This document shows, piece after piece, positions 34,871-48,785 of a stretch of DNA of 64,000 bases. The stretch lies in contig NC_089429.1 in NCBI RefSeq assembly GCF_026210795.1, positions 2,852,001 to 2,916,000 of the forward strand, written 5' to 3'. The notes beneath the pieces are model-generated. The model saw only the letters and a program-made list of their open reading frames with translations. It ran no database searches and was not told the DNA's origin. This stretch comes from Rhizophagus irregularis. Taxonomy: Eukaryota. Made by a program: the position numbers and the translations under genes. How positions within the stretch are numbered: position 1 is the stretch's first letter; every line of letters begins with the position of its first letter.

Positions 34871-37800
34871 CAGTCACCGGAAATGTCACATGCAGATCAT
34901 TTTCATAATAAATTGATTTTGTGTAACGTTAATCCAACAACTTTATTTTATAATTAAACGTCAAATTCCAAATGTATCACGCTTGTGTAAATTACAAAAT
35001 TTATAGATAATCATGTGTTCTATAAATTTTATCATTACTTTCCATTTTAGTAATTTTTTTTTTCGTTTTACATTTCATGCAAAAAACCCCTTAAAAAAAG
35101 CTTTTCTTCGAGATTAAAGTTGAGAAATGGAGTAAAAAATATTTTTAACAATAGTAATATATGCAAATTCACAAGAAGAAAATGTTTTTCTAAGTTATTA
35201 ATGACGGTCAGTTAGGTAGTTTTTGTGTAAAACGTAAAAAATTGGATTTTTTTTTATTATAAGGAGCTTTTTAATATAAAAAACGAAAAAAAAGTATATT
35301 AAAATCATTTATTTTTGTAAGTTATCAATATCCTCTCGTATCTACAACTCTTCAATTATACTTGTTAGTTATACAATACTATATGCTAATACTAATTTCT
35401 CTTCTCTAAGCGGTCTGGAATTATTTTTGATGATTTGGAATTTCTTATTTTTTCAGCTTAGATATTTTGCCTAAAGTAAAGATAATTATTTTTTTTCTCA
35501 TACTACCATTACTTATTTTATAACTAATATGGATTATTTGTCCTTTTTTTTATGTAGGTTTAATAGTAGTTAAAAATTATTTTTGACGATTTCTTAATTT
35601 TCGTGATGGACGCCAAATAATATTAATTAATCAGATGAAAACAAGTTGATTATTCATGTGAGTTTATTTTTTGCATAGATAATTTTGTATTCATATAGGA
35701 TAGATTTATTTTTATGTAGAACAATTATTTTTTCGTGTATAATAGAAATTTTTTTATCAATTTTCATAGATAAATAAATATAAAATTATTTTTTTAAATA
35801 TTTTATGCTGCCATCAAAATTTTTTTTAATATTTTAATTAAAAATAATTTATTTTTTTTACAAATTACTATAGCATGAACGTATAATAGTTTGGGATTTA
35901 AGTATCAGTTGCTTTATCATCATCATCAGATAGCATGTTTGTTTCTTCCCCTTCTTCCCCTCCCTCCCTTCCCCTCCCCTCCCCCTTCTCCTTCTCCCTC
36001 TCCCTCTCCCCCCTCCCCTTCCTCTTCCTCTCCCTCCTCTCCCTTTTTCTTTTTCTTTTTCTTCTCTTATTTCTATTTTTTTTTCTTTTTTCATTTTAGT
36101 AATATCAGCAACTGTAACCCGTGTGATATTTCTTGCTCTTCTTCCAATAGTTGTATAACTTTCTGTTAAAAAAATTTCTTGATTTGCTATTGTTTGTAAT
36201 CTCTTAATTCCAATATCATACGCAATAATTAATTGATTAACTCCATCATCATTTAAATTGTTACAGAATTCAAATACTGGATTTTCAAGAGGATTTAAAG
36301 ATTCAAAAGCATTTATCAATAAGTGTGCGAGCTCCCAAATCTTTTCCTTTTGAGATTGAACATTACGTGGTCGGGAACTTTGAACAGAATCTCCAATGTA
36401 ATCACAAATCAGCATTTCTGTTCGTTCCTTTTCTAGTTGAGTAGCTTTTATTCTTAATTTTAACTCTTCCCCATCTGCCGGAATTCTTGTTATATTTTGT
36501 TTTACAAATTTTACTCCAAATGTTTCTAGTGCTTCGTCATATGCAAAAAAATGTCCAGGACTTGTTAAATTAATGGATGGTGCTTTACGAAGCATTTTAC
36601 GAAGTAGAGGATTATTTTCTATGCAATGTATATGATACGTTACAGATCTAGCATAATTTGATTTACCGGCAATGGGAAATAAAGGTGAAAAAGCTTTTAA
36701 ACTTTCATGTTGTAAATCAAATACTCCCCATCTAATACCAAACCAATGTGCACGCCAATAACTAGCCCATTGAAAATATAAATACCAAACTTTTACACAA
36801 TTATTTTCTTTTTTTAAAATATTATCTAATGTCTGTTTTTTCTTTTTTACATATATATGAATTGCTATTCCTACGGAAATCCAAATCAATTCCAATACTC
36901 TTGAAGTTGCTCTGAAATCTATACCTTTCTCTAATTTATCTAGAAATCGTACACCTAATATTCCTGCCATATTGAATATTCTGTAACCAGAAAAAATTGT
37001 AATTAATGCCATCATCATATCCTTATTGGTATGCCATTGTCCAAGGATCATTTTTGTTTTTTGATTTGTTTTACAATAACTAATACCTCGTCTAAAAATA
37101 GCTTCATCCGCAACTACATTAATATATTCATTATTTTCCATACCAATTTCATTTTTATACATTTCTAGACATTTATGCACAGCGGAATCACTTGATGGTG
37201 GATCTCCAGCATCGAATTATAACATTGGGAGGCGGAAGATTAAAACTAACTTCAAAATGTGTCATAATTTGATTACATATATCATCTTCATTAAAATCTG
37301 AACGATAATTAGGAGTGAGATTTTCATTAAACGTAAGTAATTGTTCAAAAACTGAATTAAAAATATTAAATGTTTGTTGTGAAAAATTATTTTACCCAAA
37401 AAGTTTTTGCTTATTTTCGTCTTGTATTTCAATAATTTCAGGTAATTCATTAGGTAGTTGGTATTGAAAGAGCATCCGTAATGTAGCGTGTGAATTTCCT
37501 CTAACAGCGTCAAAAATGTTTCCATAACCAAATGTAGTTTCTTTAAAATCCACATTATCAATAATACCAAGATTCCAAATATTCTTTTCTATGGCAAATT
37601 CGATCAGTTGGATCACTAAGCAGAAAGCACGAATTTTTTCCAAATTTCGTTCATGTCTTTGAGAGTGGCTTGTAATATTAACAACTTCTAAAATTCCCTG
37701 CAATGATGACAAAAGTTTTGGTTTTCGGCAAAGACTTGCCATTGTTCGGAGTAACCAAATTTTCCATCCTTTAAATGCAATGTTTAAAATTATTGAAATA

Positions 37801-39721
37801 AAAAATGTGGTTTGTTTAGTAATTTTTTCATAATTTAAAGGTTTTAATGGTTTTTTACGATATTTTCTTTGTCTATCTATAATTTTTTTTTTTGTTTCAT
37901 ATAAAGTTTTTAAAAGACCATCATAAAATTGTACTAAACATGAAGGAAATATAGAACGATATTCTTCTATAGAAGTAGGTGATTCAAGTAATTTTTTGTG
38001 AATTTTTAATTCATTTTTCGTGAGTATTATTGATGAATGTGCTAATGCTTCTCCAAATTCAAAAAAATGTTTTGACGTAAGATTCTTAGGATTTAATTTT
38101 TTATCAAAATTGTAATTAAATTTGACTAAAATAAGAATAATAAGAATTATAAATAAAGAAGGTACTTCATTTTTTATATTTTGTACTGATAGTAGCGTTG
38201 ATGATGTAGTCTCAGATTTTTCTTGAGTATTAATAATACATAAAATAGGAGCTAAATGTGCTAAAATTTTTTCTTGAAATGCTAAATTATCAGAATTAGC
38301 AATATTAAGAATCCAATATCCAATTACTTCTAATGCCTTTTTGGTATCATTTTTATGATGTGACAGGTTATCACAATTTGGATTTTTTTTTATACCTTAT
38401 CCAACACGTTGATAAATATGCCCACCCTTTTCTTCATAACAATTCATACATATATATCGTGCATGTTTACTTGAATTTGTTGGAATTACAAAAGAATGGT
38501 ATGTTTGCAATGCATCACATTTCATTTGCCCTATACAAGGTACCTGAATATTTTTACCTATAACTTTATATGAGTGATTTTCACAATTAGGACCACGACT
38601 AAAAAAAATTTTATTTTTATTACAAAATAAACATCTGCGTCTATGAATAATACTTTCCATATAATCTTTAGTTTGTTTTAATTTGATGAATGCAATTGAT
38701 TTTGATCATATAAAAAATGCGAATAACAAACACCTAAATTTTCAATTAAAAAATTTTTTGCTTTAACTTCTTCATTGTCAATTTGCCAAATTCCAATCAT
38801 TTGCCAAAGTCGTCTCAATTTTTTTTTAGAGTTGCACCGCTGAATTTTACCATCTAACATATCAATTATAACGCATAGAGTTAAATTTTCATTATTTGGT
38901 ACTTTAGTAATTATTTCATCACGCTCATCATCAGATTCTGTCTCAGAAAAATTACTTCCTATATCACTCAGATCCTCCCAATTGTCTTCTTCCTCTGAAA
39001 TATTTTGTTGAACTAATTTTTTTGCATTTGTAAGCATATTAAAATCTAATTCAAATAAAGATTCTAAAGATTCATTTTCCTATACATTATCAAAACTCTC
39101 ATTTTCATCATATTCACTATAAAAAGTTTTATTCTTATCCATTAAACTTTCCTCTAAATTCTCATATTCTAAGCTTTTCTCTAAATCCATTATATAAATC
39201 TAAAAAAAAAAATTTTTTTTTTAAGAAAAAAACACGTTATATTTTACTAGTTTTTGTTTAAAACTTTAAATTTCTTGTTATCTTTGGTAAATTTCAAGTT
39301 TTTCTTACCTTTTATTATTTTTAATATCAAAAATACAACAACTTCCAGCGAAGATTAAAGTTGAATAACAAAGAGTATGAGAGATTTTTTTTAATAAGGT
39401 TATAGAAGCGGTCAATATGTTCGTTTTTTATTATTTAAGTTAGATCGATCATATTGTGTAAATTTGGTGTTACATATGATTTAATTTTTTTTAATTTAAC
39501 GGAATTTAGGCCGGCATTACGGAATTGGCCAGAATTAACAAAAATTTGGCCAGAATTATAAATTGTTGATCGGCAAATTTAACCAGATTTAATTAATTTT
39601 GGCCAACTTTAATTATATATTTGTATTATACATTTGAAGAGGGTACTGCGCCATAAATTTTTTTTTCTCGACCTTAATAAAAAAAATTTGCCTTTTTTTA
39701 TTGTGACATTTCCAGTGACTG
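34871..39721 (-). mobile_element. Academ-like DNA transposon, 4.85 kb
   Basis: 20-bp TIR CAGTCACCGGAAATGTCACA / TGTGACATTTCCAGTGACTG (1 mismatch); exact 4-bp TSD TTAT (34867-34870, 39722-39725). Confidence 0.85.
35858..39190 (-). pseudogene. Large Academ/DUF6589-like transposase with Cys-rich N-terminus, frameshifted
   Basis: IIDNVDF, VVADEAIF, MILGQWH, GKSNYA and FFAYDEALE motifs; CxxC clusters in 38397-39037; RG-rich tail. Family assignment is from remembered motifs. Confidence 0.7.
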
Positions 39722-39866
39722 TTATTTTATCAACTCGATCATAGCGATCTACGTTTTTGGTGGGTCAAAAAATCGGCTAGTTGATCGTTCTCGAGGTGAA
39801 TTTTATTTGTCACAATTTTAGTGTAACCCGATCAAAAATGCCGATCGAACAATTATGAACTGGCCT

Positions 39867-41232
39867 ACTGTTATCATCTGGTTCATAATTACTACTTTCA
39901 TCATAATTTTCGCCATCCTCTTCAATTCCTCTCACACGACCACTTATGTATTTTATTTATTGAAATTGAAATTGAAAATTAAACTATCTTCTGACCCATT
40001 TATTGCATTTGAAGTTCCACAAAATTTAACGAACGCCTAATAAATAATATTAATATCAACAGCATCCCAACTTTCCTTTACCCAGTTTGCCACAAGTGAA
40101 TAAGACGGTTTTTTAATCTTTTCAGTTGATTTATATTCTTTGATTTCTTCACTCATCTAATGGTAATAATAATGATGCATCTATTTTTATTTCAAACAAT
40201 GCAAGTTAATATAATTTATTTAAATATTAAAAAATTAAATAAGGAAAATAACCTTATCTTTAAATAGTTTATTCAATGATACATCAAGTGGTTGCAAGCG
40301 AGAAGTTAATCCACCTGGAATGACAGTATTTGTTTTTATGTGCAGTAAAAGAATCCAATACTAAAAGAGATCTTGGATTGATGTCCCGTCTTGCACGTTG
40401 TGTCCAAACATTTTCTATCCACCAAATCATCTCATCTTCATTCATCCAACCTTTTGGATTAGCACGAATAATTACTCCACCACTCCATCAGGAAACTCTC
40501 TTCGCGGAATGATTACAAGTTTAAAAATAATTACTGGTAACAATTTTATTCCATCAGCCTTACAAGCTAAGACAACAGTAAAATTTGCATATTCATACCC
40601 AGTTGATAAAGTTGAAATAGTCCTAGTACCACGTTGTTCAACTGTTGTATTGCTTAGAAAATTAAATGCAAGCGGTGTTTCATCCATATTAAAGTTAATG
40701 GATATTGACGTTCTTTATACGAAAAAGCACATGATAAAAAATCATTTTGTTGCCATTGAGCAACTGTTATTTTTCTTCTGTCAACCAAATTATGACGAGA
40801 TATAAAATCATCGACCCATTTTCGAGAAAACTTTCCTTCTTTTATAGATGGATACAATGTTTCATATACTGGTCTTTTGGCTAAAGGACGTGCTTTTGCT
40901 TGAATCATATTACAAGAAATTTTTTTCAATCAACTTCGAGACTCTTTAAACCATTCCAAAAGTTCGGAGATATTTTGGCTGTGCAGAAACAATCTTTTTA
41001 GTATAAGGAGCCACCATCATAAGCTGTTCTTTATTTTTCAACCATCGACAAAGTTGTTTCGGCGAAATCTCAAATTTATCAGCTGCTAATCGTTTGTTAT
41101 GACCTTGTTCATGATACGCGATCATCATCGTGCTGGCCAATGACGTTTTTTTTGTGGAATATTAGCATGATGAGCTTGAAAATTTCCACGAACAATAATT
41201 CTAAAAACTAAAATAAAATGAGTTTTAGACAT
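39867..41232 (-). pseudogene. pogo-like transposase (Brinker-type HTH + CENP-B HTH + DDE_1); its 3' tail lies at ~22300-22387
   Basis: AADKFEISPKQLCRW, FSRKWVDDFISRH, MDETPL, FTVVLACKADG, IPGGLTSRLQPLDV; acidic tail YEPDDNS|KLDSSECELEDNYY continues across the ACT TSD. Confidence 0.85.
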
Positions 41233-42378
41233 CTTTAAACATAAAAAACTATTCATCAATACCTTGAGAGTTTAAAATATATGGTAAAGAAATTACAATT
41301 AATGAAAAAGGAGTTCTTAAATACATTTTCCACGATTTTCCAAACGCGTTTATATACATTAGTGTTTACTTTTAATTAAGTTTATTCTCCAAATGAATGA
41401 AAGCTTATAAGAGTCTTCCTTAGTTTTATCAATTGCTAGATCAGTAATTAACAAATGTGTTAATTTATAATTAAGGGTATCAAATATACTGTTTAAATTA
41501 CGTAAAATTGCAAAATGATGTAAGATTATAATTTCCCAAGGTTACTCCGAATGAATTAAATGACGTACTTGATAAATATTATTATCTGCTATTATTAAAG
41601 ATAATATTCAGGGGAAATTTGCTTTAATAAATGATGATACCTTCAAAGAATACATCATATACATCATGTAAGTTTTTCCTTATAGTAAAATAAATATTTT
41701 ATATATTTTATGATACCTTTGTCGTTACTTTAGAATTTTCGATGGATGTCATGCGGATGATGGAATTGTACTCTAGATACGTGATACAATTGATACATGT
41801 GATTAATATTCCACCACCTAAAATACCCGGTACCTCACAGTCTCACACGAGTATTATATAATTTTGTATTTTGTATCATACCCGGGTCAGTAAAAATCTC
41901 AGTAAAGTCTGATTGTATTGATTATTTGGATTAATATAAATTTAATAAATAATAAATTTTCATAATATTTAGGGCACATGCATATATTTTTATTAATATT
42001 TGTATATAACTTTTTCTTTTTAGAAAATTAAAATATTATTAATACAATTTTCTTTACAAAAAAGTTGTCTTTTAGATGAATGACTGAATGGCGTAAATTC
42101 ATTACCAAAATAATGATTAAAAAAAAACCAATGCGACATTTAGGATCGATTATGTCATTTATTTCTTTCAAGTTTTAAAAGATTATTGTATGCCTGTATT
42201 TGGTAAATTTCGTGATCGTTATTTCTCATCTAACTAAATTTGAATATTAAAAAAAAAAAGGTTTCGAGATAAAAGGCCCACTTCTTTTCACGCATAATTA
42301 CACATAATAAACAACTTTTACTTTTTTTTTATCGTAATTATTTATTATTAACCTGAACATTTTTCTCTTTTCTTTATA

Positions 42379-43404
42379 ATGAAAGAACTTATTGAAAATG
42401 TTCCATCAAAATCAGATTATAAAAAAAGAAGTGAAAAAGTATGTTTTTCATATCCAGGAAACCAAAATCATTTTCAAACAGGATATTATGGAATAGATGC
42501 GGATGTTTCAATTGCTGGAACTTTACACATAAAATTTTCTTCATCAAAACCTTTATTAGCAACTAAAATTGAGCTCATTTTAAAAGGATACGAAAAGGTT
42601 GAATGGGTAGAGACTTATGGGAAAACAACTATAACATATAGTGCAAATGACGTATTTTTAAATCAACCATTACAATTATGGAAGACATCAGATCCTAATG
42701 GAGATTATGAAAAAATTCAAATTATGGATATACCTTTTGAAATTAAATTGCCAGAGAATTTACCACCTTCAATTAAAATTGATCAAGGTGAAGGGAAAAT
42801 CAATTATAAATTAATTGCTAATATTAGTCGTAAAGGAAATTTATGGAAATTTAAAAGATCTGAAAAATGTGTTGAATTATCCATTAATCTTGATAAATAT
42901 TTTCTTCCTCCAACTGATTTAAATCCATTTAATTGGTATCAATTTAATGATTCTGAAGCTATATCCCGTGGATTAGGGTATAATATTACATTGGAAAATT
43001 CTATTGGAGGTCCAAAAATACCTTTTATTATAAATTCTATATTGAAATTTTATAATCAAGATTTTAAAATTACGAAAATATTTTTTGGTATTAAAGAATA
43101 TCACAAATTATCAACTAAAGCAAATTCCAAAAAATCATCATTTTATATAGTAGAAAAAAATATTAAAAGAGAAGAAATTTATTCAAATTATAATGATGAA
43201 GTTAAATTACAAACTGAATTAGAAATTCCTGAGTGGATTGAAAAAAATAAAAAAAATCCTTGTTGGGATATAAATGATAGAAAACATATTATTGTTAGTC
43301 ATAAAGTTAAAATTAAAATTCATTGTGGGGGAATATTTACTAGTAATATTAAATTAGATAATGAAGTTGAAATTAAACATTTTATATTGGAAAATCATGG
43401 ATGA
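42379..43404 (+). CDS. Arrestin-like (Arrestin_N fold) protein
   Basis: IAGTLHI...IELILKGYEKVEW...IPFEIKLPENLPPS...GKINYKLIANISR. Confidence 0.85.
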   Translation: MKELIENVPSKSDYKKRSEKVCFSYPGNQNHFQTGYYGIDADVSIAGTLHIKFSSSKPLLATKIELILKGYEKVEWVETYGKTTITYSANDVFLNQPLQLWKTSDPNGDYEKIQIMDIPFEIKLPENLPPSIKIDQGEGKINYKLIANISRKGNLWKFKRSEKCVELSINLDKYFLPPTDLNPFNWYQFNDSEAISRGLGYNITLENSIGGPKIPFIINSILKFYNQDFKITKIFFGIKEYHKLSTKANSKKSSFYIVEKNIKREEIYSNYNDEVKLQTELEIPEWIEKNKKNPCWDINDRKHIIVSHKVKIKIHCGGIFTSNIKLDNEVEIKHFILENHG

Positions 43405-43729
43405 AAAAAAAATAATTGGCTGCGTAAAAAATTGTTTCGTGTCATATAATTCACGATGTTCTATAAAGTCGCATCTATATGCTGTGATAATTATGCGTGT
43501 AATATAAATAATATAAATAAATAATTTTAATTTATTGCTTTTATATATGATTTATAATTAAATATATTAAATATCAATCTCAATTCCATTAAAATACCTT
43601 TTTTAATTATTCCTTTTATATAATAAAATAATTTCTAAATAAATAAAATACAAAATAATGATGAATTTTTTTTTTTTCAAAATGTATAAAATGTATATAA
43701 TGTATAATAATGTATATAAAAATTATTAA

Positions 43730-45485
43730 CTAAATTCTTGGTTCGGGTAAATCTGTAAAACTTAAAAATCTAGTTTGATAAATTGCATCAGGATGTGATG
43801 CGGGTTTTTCAAAAGTATTTTTGATTTGACGAATTTTTTCTGCTTCTTCGAATTCTAAAGAATTATTTTCACCCAAATACCAACGTTTAATTATATCTCT
43901 CAATTCTCTAGCAAAAGGACGTTTATAAGGATCAGCTTCCCAACATCTTTTCATTATATTAATATAACATTTGGGTGTAGAATTATCTCCTTCATTATTA
44001 TACGGTCTTAATCCATTACAAATTTGACTTGCCAATTGTATATCATGAGCTCTATCAGAAAAAGGTTTCTCACAAGTTGATAATTCCCACATAATTAAAC
44101 CAAAACTATAGATATCGGCGGATTTAGTATAATGATCTCCTCGTAATAATTCAGGAGCTACGTAAGGTAAAACTCCGTAGACACCAGAACTATTATAATC
44201 CGCGGTAGGAATTTCTGCTGGACAACACATTCCAAGATCCGAAATAAAAGTAGTAGTTTCATTTTTCAATATATTACCTGAATGAAGTTTCCTATGAAAC
44301 GATCCTTCTAAATGAATTTTATGTAAACCTTCAATTATTTCTAAAAGTGTTTCTAATCTTGATTTCCACGTTAAATTTTTATCGTTACGTTTTAAATAAT
44401 TATGCAAATCTCCTTTTGTTGCGTACTCTAAAATTAACATATAATCCCCTGATGATGGATCTTTTGTGATTCCATAACATCTTGGAATATTTTTCTCCCC
44501 TGAAAATCGTATATGTGTTTGTACCTATAAAAAGTTAAAAATTTTTTAAAAAAAATATTTTTTACAAAAAATAACGTAATATATATACACTCTCTACTTT
44601 GCTTACCTCTTGTATTAATGCTGAAATATCTTTATCTGAATTAAATAATCTTTTTAATGCGACTTGCTTATCTCCTTCTCTAAAATATTGTTTAGATTCT
44701 TGATCCCATCTCCAATTAGGACCATTTGACCATATAGCTGAAAATACAACACCAAACACACCTTTCCCGATGGTTTGGACTTCTTTAAATTTTTCAAAAG
44801 GAATCCATTCCGAAAAATTTGAGGGAAAAGAAACAAATTCATGTCTAGCTCGAACTTCACGAAATTTTAATTCACTGTCTCTTAATGAAGACGACCTCCC
44901 AGAATGACTTCTATGACGTCGAATAGATGGTGGTACGGTAACCTCCCCATAAATATGATCAGATTCATGCTTAATTTGAGTAGAACGAATACATTCATCT
45001 AATAATTTATTATTAGATGTCCATTCACCTTTTTGTAACCAATGTCCAATACAATATTGCTGTAAAGGTATTTCAACATTAGGATAACATTTTGGACATG
45101 CACTTTTATTACCATTTTCAACACAATTTAAACAAAAATTATCGTTTAAATTTTTTTCATTACACTTATCACATAAAACAGTCATCATTTCTTCCTTCCA
45201 ATCATTATATAAAGAATAAATTATTAAAAATGAAATTGGTCGATTATTTTTCGCTCCCCTAAATTCCATATGATGTCTAGATTTCCACCATTTACGAAAA
45301 TCTTCTACTTCAAATCCATCATTAACATACGTTGCTTGTGAATAAACATTTAAAAGTGTATTTAAATCTATCGCTCTTTCTCGTATTTCTTGTGTACGAG
45401 CTGAAGTTGCAATAAAATATGGTGGTGCTTGAAAAAATTCTGCAAATAATATATCTAAAGCTTGATTATCAATTGTTCCTGCCAT
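43730..45485 (-). CDS. Tyrosine-kinase-like protein kinase, 2 exons (intron 44525-44606), catalytic loop HRK
   Basis: IGKGVFGVV, VALK, HRKLHSGNIL, DLG, GVLPYVAPE, DIYSFG; splice gives QE|VQTH..CYGITKDP. Confidence 0.9.
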
Positions 45486-46622
45486 GTTTTCATGTATAAA
45501 AAAATTTCTTGAATGTTTTTTCTAAAAAAAAAATAAAGAAAAAGAAATATTTATATAAAAAAAAAAAAAGTAATCTTGAAAATCACTATGAAATTTCATA
45601 TATGGTAATTATATAAACTTGAATTCGGCCGACCACAAAAAGGGTTTATGAGGCATAAACAAGTTTTTTTTTACTGATAAATTTTTTGTAATTCCTGAAA
45701 GTTATAAAATCCTTTCAATGAGATCGGCCTATATTTAGATTTATTTTGTAATTTTGTGTTCATTATAATTTCCTTTGTGTTTCATATTTTTTTAATTGTA
45801 CTTTTTCGAGGTTTCGAATGTTGTGATACGGTATACAATAGATAATTTGGAATATTATCGAAGAAAATGCTTTTGTACATTTCATGTACATTGTATGTTT
45901 AAACGCAAAATGATGTTTAGAATAGTTTTTTTAGACCTTATAAAGCATACAAAAAGAATTCACGTGATTCTAAATGCTGATAACTCTAGATATCTATTTT
46001 TAAAAATAGGATATAATAACGGAGATCGGAAAAGATATAAATCCCAAGATGGAATGATTTTCGATAATTACTGCATTATCCGTTACATCAGAACTTTTTT
46101 CTTTTTTTCCGTGAAAGTTTGACTTGATTATATAATTAAAATTTTGATTCGCAAATCAAGAAATTTTCAATAAGCGGGAATTCTTGATTTTATTATTGGT
46201 TAACTCAAATTTATCCGTAATCTGACCAACCATAGAATTATGGTTCGTTTTTACTGATTGGCTGGCTAATAACTGACGATCAATAATGGCCAAACCGGAG
46301 TCAAATTTCCTATTAATTTGAAATCTCACTTTTTATCTTAAAATTCCGATAAAATTAATTTTTTTTTAAAGAAAATTTAATACTGTAACTAAATGTATAA
46401 AGAAATAATAATAAAAAATAATATCTTTTTACATAGCAAGAATCCGAAGATCAATCAGGTTTACAATTGTTTAATTGTTTACATGTAATGTTTATGATGT
46501 AATTAAGTGAATTTTTACCGCTAATTACATTTATCCATCTACCGGTGATTGGTATTTAAAAAGTCTTTTTTTCTGTCTTCGTTTGAAATTAAGTTCCTTT
46601 TTTTAATTTATATTTTGAAATT

Positions 46623-48785
46623 ATGTTTCGTAATCTTATTTCTAAATCTTCGTTAATTGCAAAGGGGACAACTATTAGTAAACAATTATTGTTTAAAAGA
46701 CCATATCGAATTATTTCATCTGTAAAATCATCGATTAAGGATGATCCTAAAAATTCAAGTAATCCTTCCGATGAAAAAATTAGTGATTTTAAAGATATAG
46801 AAGGCATTGAAAAATTAATGCTAAATAAAGGTATATACAATATATACATTGTATACCATTTTTATAATAATAATTCACATTTATAATTATAATATAATAT
46901 TGTTATTGTTTTAGAGAAACCTGTAGCCAGTTATATAATCCAATCACAAAAAAAATTGCGGTCAATATATAAGCCATCATATTGGATAGATGATTTGATA
47001 TACAAAAAAAAACCACCAATTCGCCCAAATAAACCACCAATTAATAGAAAATTAAATTTAAGAACAATGTCAGATTCTTATGTAGAAGAATTTTTACCAT
47101 TTAAAAGTGATCCTGATTTATTAGAGGAATATGTTAATCCAGATGGTGGTATTAGGTAATGTTTAATTATAGAGTTAAATAGGAAATTTATTATATAAAA
47201 TTTTAAATCACAATTTTTTTTTATTTAATAGAATGGGTAAAATATTTGAAAATTTGGATTTATTGGCAGCAATTATTGCTTATAAACATTGTGGAAATGG
47301 AAAAGAAGATGTTTCCGATATGACTATTGTAACAGCTTCAGTTGATAGATTAGACTTAATAAAGCCATTATCTATATGTGATATAAGGCTTAATGGCAAG
47401 TAAATCATATATAATTAATAACATATAATGTCATCTTTATCCCTAATTCACTTTTCTTTGTATCATAGGCCATATATCTTATGCTGGTTATAGTTCTATG
47501 GAAGGTAATTTTAATTTTCTTTTTCTTTTTGAAAGACAAAGGATAATTTAAAAAATTTTTTCTTTTTTAGTGCTAATAAAAATGGAAGCTTTACAAGACG
47601 GAGTTTTCCAAAAGTTGAAAACTAATCCTGAAACTAAGGTTCAAGGAGAAACATTAATGATAGCAAGATTTATTATGGTTGCAAGAGACCCATATACGAA
47701 CCGTTCTATACAAATAAATCCTCTACAATTAGAAAATGACTATCAAAAGAAATTATTCCAAATTGCTGAAGGTACGAATTAAAAAAAAAATTTTTTTTTT
47801 GCTTACTTAAAGATATAAATAAATTAAATATGTTTCTTTTAATTAGAACAAAAAGTTAAGAAAAACGCATCTGCTGCTGCGGCTCTTACTATATTACCTC
47901 CAACAGAAGAAGAAAAACTTCTTATTCATAATTGTTATCTGGAATATAGCAAATATGGTAGTAAATAAATTTATTAAATTTATGTTAAAGAAATTTATAT
48001 TCTTTTTTTTCAATTGTTAAGTAATAACATCTTAATTTTAGACAAAAAAGAAAAGCCTGATCATATTATAAGAATGGACGAAACTGTTATGGAATCAGTT
48101 ACATTTATGCAACCACAGGTACAAATTATCATAATAGACATTATATACACTATTAGTTTAACTTTTTGTTTAACGATAAATCTTTTTTTTTTAGAATCGA
48201 AATATTTATGGTTTTGTATTTGGTGGATATTTAATGAAACTTGCATTTGAGGTTAATCATATTTTTTTTTTCCTTCTTCGCTTTTAAAACAAACTGTTTT
48301 ATTTTGATTTAAAAACACTCTACTTTTTCTCAGCTCGCAGTTGCTAATGCATCGGTATTCATGAGGAGTCGTCCAAAATTTACAGCTTTAGATGAAATAT
48401 CGTTTAGAAAACCCGTACCAATTGGTTCAATTCTTTGCATGTCTTCGCAAATTGTTTATGCACCTGGTTCACCACATAAAAGTTTTCAAGTTTCGGTAAG
48501 TTTATAAATCATTTTTTTTTAACAATAAAATAAATTTATTTATTTATTTATTTTAATACTGGTTTAAAACAGGTAACGGCGGATGTATTAGATATTGAAC
48601 GAGGAAAACGTGACACAACAAATGTTTTCCATTTCACCTTTATTTGTGATAATCCAGCCATGGAAGTAAGGAGAGTTGTCCCGAAAACTTATGATGAATT
48701 AATGAAATACGTTGAAGGAAGGAGAAGAAGAGAAGTTGGTTTGAAATTAAGAGGTTTATATAATGAAGCTTCCAAAGGAAATTAG
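46623..48785 (+). CDS. Mitochondrial-type double-hotdog acyl-CoA thioesterase (ACOT9-like), about 11 exons
   Basis: Basic N-terminal presequence; EEYVNPDGGIR|MGKIFENLDLLA, IVTASVDR, MQPQ|NRNIYGFVFGGYLMKLAFE, FRKPVPIGS, TNVFHFTF, VVPKTYDE. Confidence 0.88.

Larger units (their letters stand above)
22388..39866 (+). mobile_element. PIF/Harbinger-class (PHIS) transposon expanded to 17.5 kb by two nested elements
   Basis: TIR AGGCCAGTTCATAATTGTTCGATCGGCATTTTTGATC is identical over 37 bp (50 bp with 2 mismatches); TSD ACT at 22385-22387 and 39867-39869; ~2.9 kb once inserts are removed. Confidence 0.93.

Noticed and set aside
35891..36169. Pro/Ser/Phe-rich plus-strand ORF
   Set aside because: Antisense shadow of the purine-rich RG tail of the Academ-like gene.
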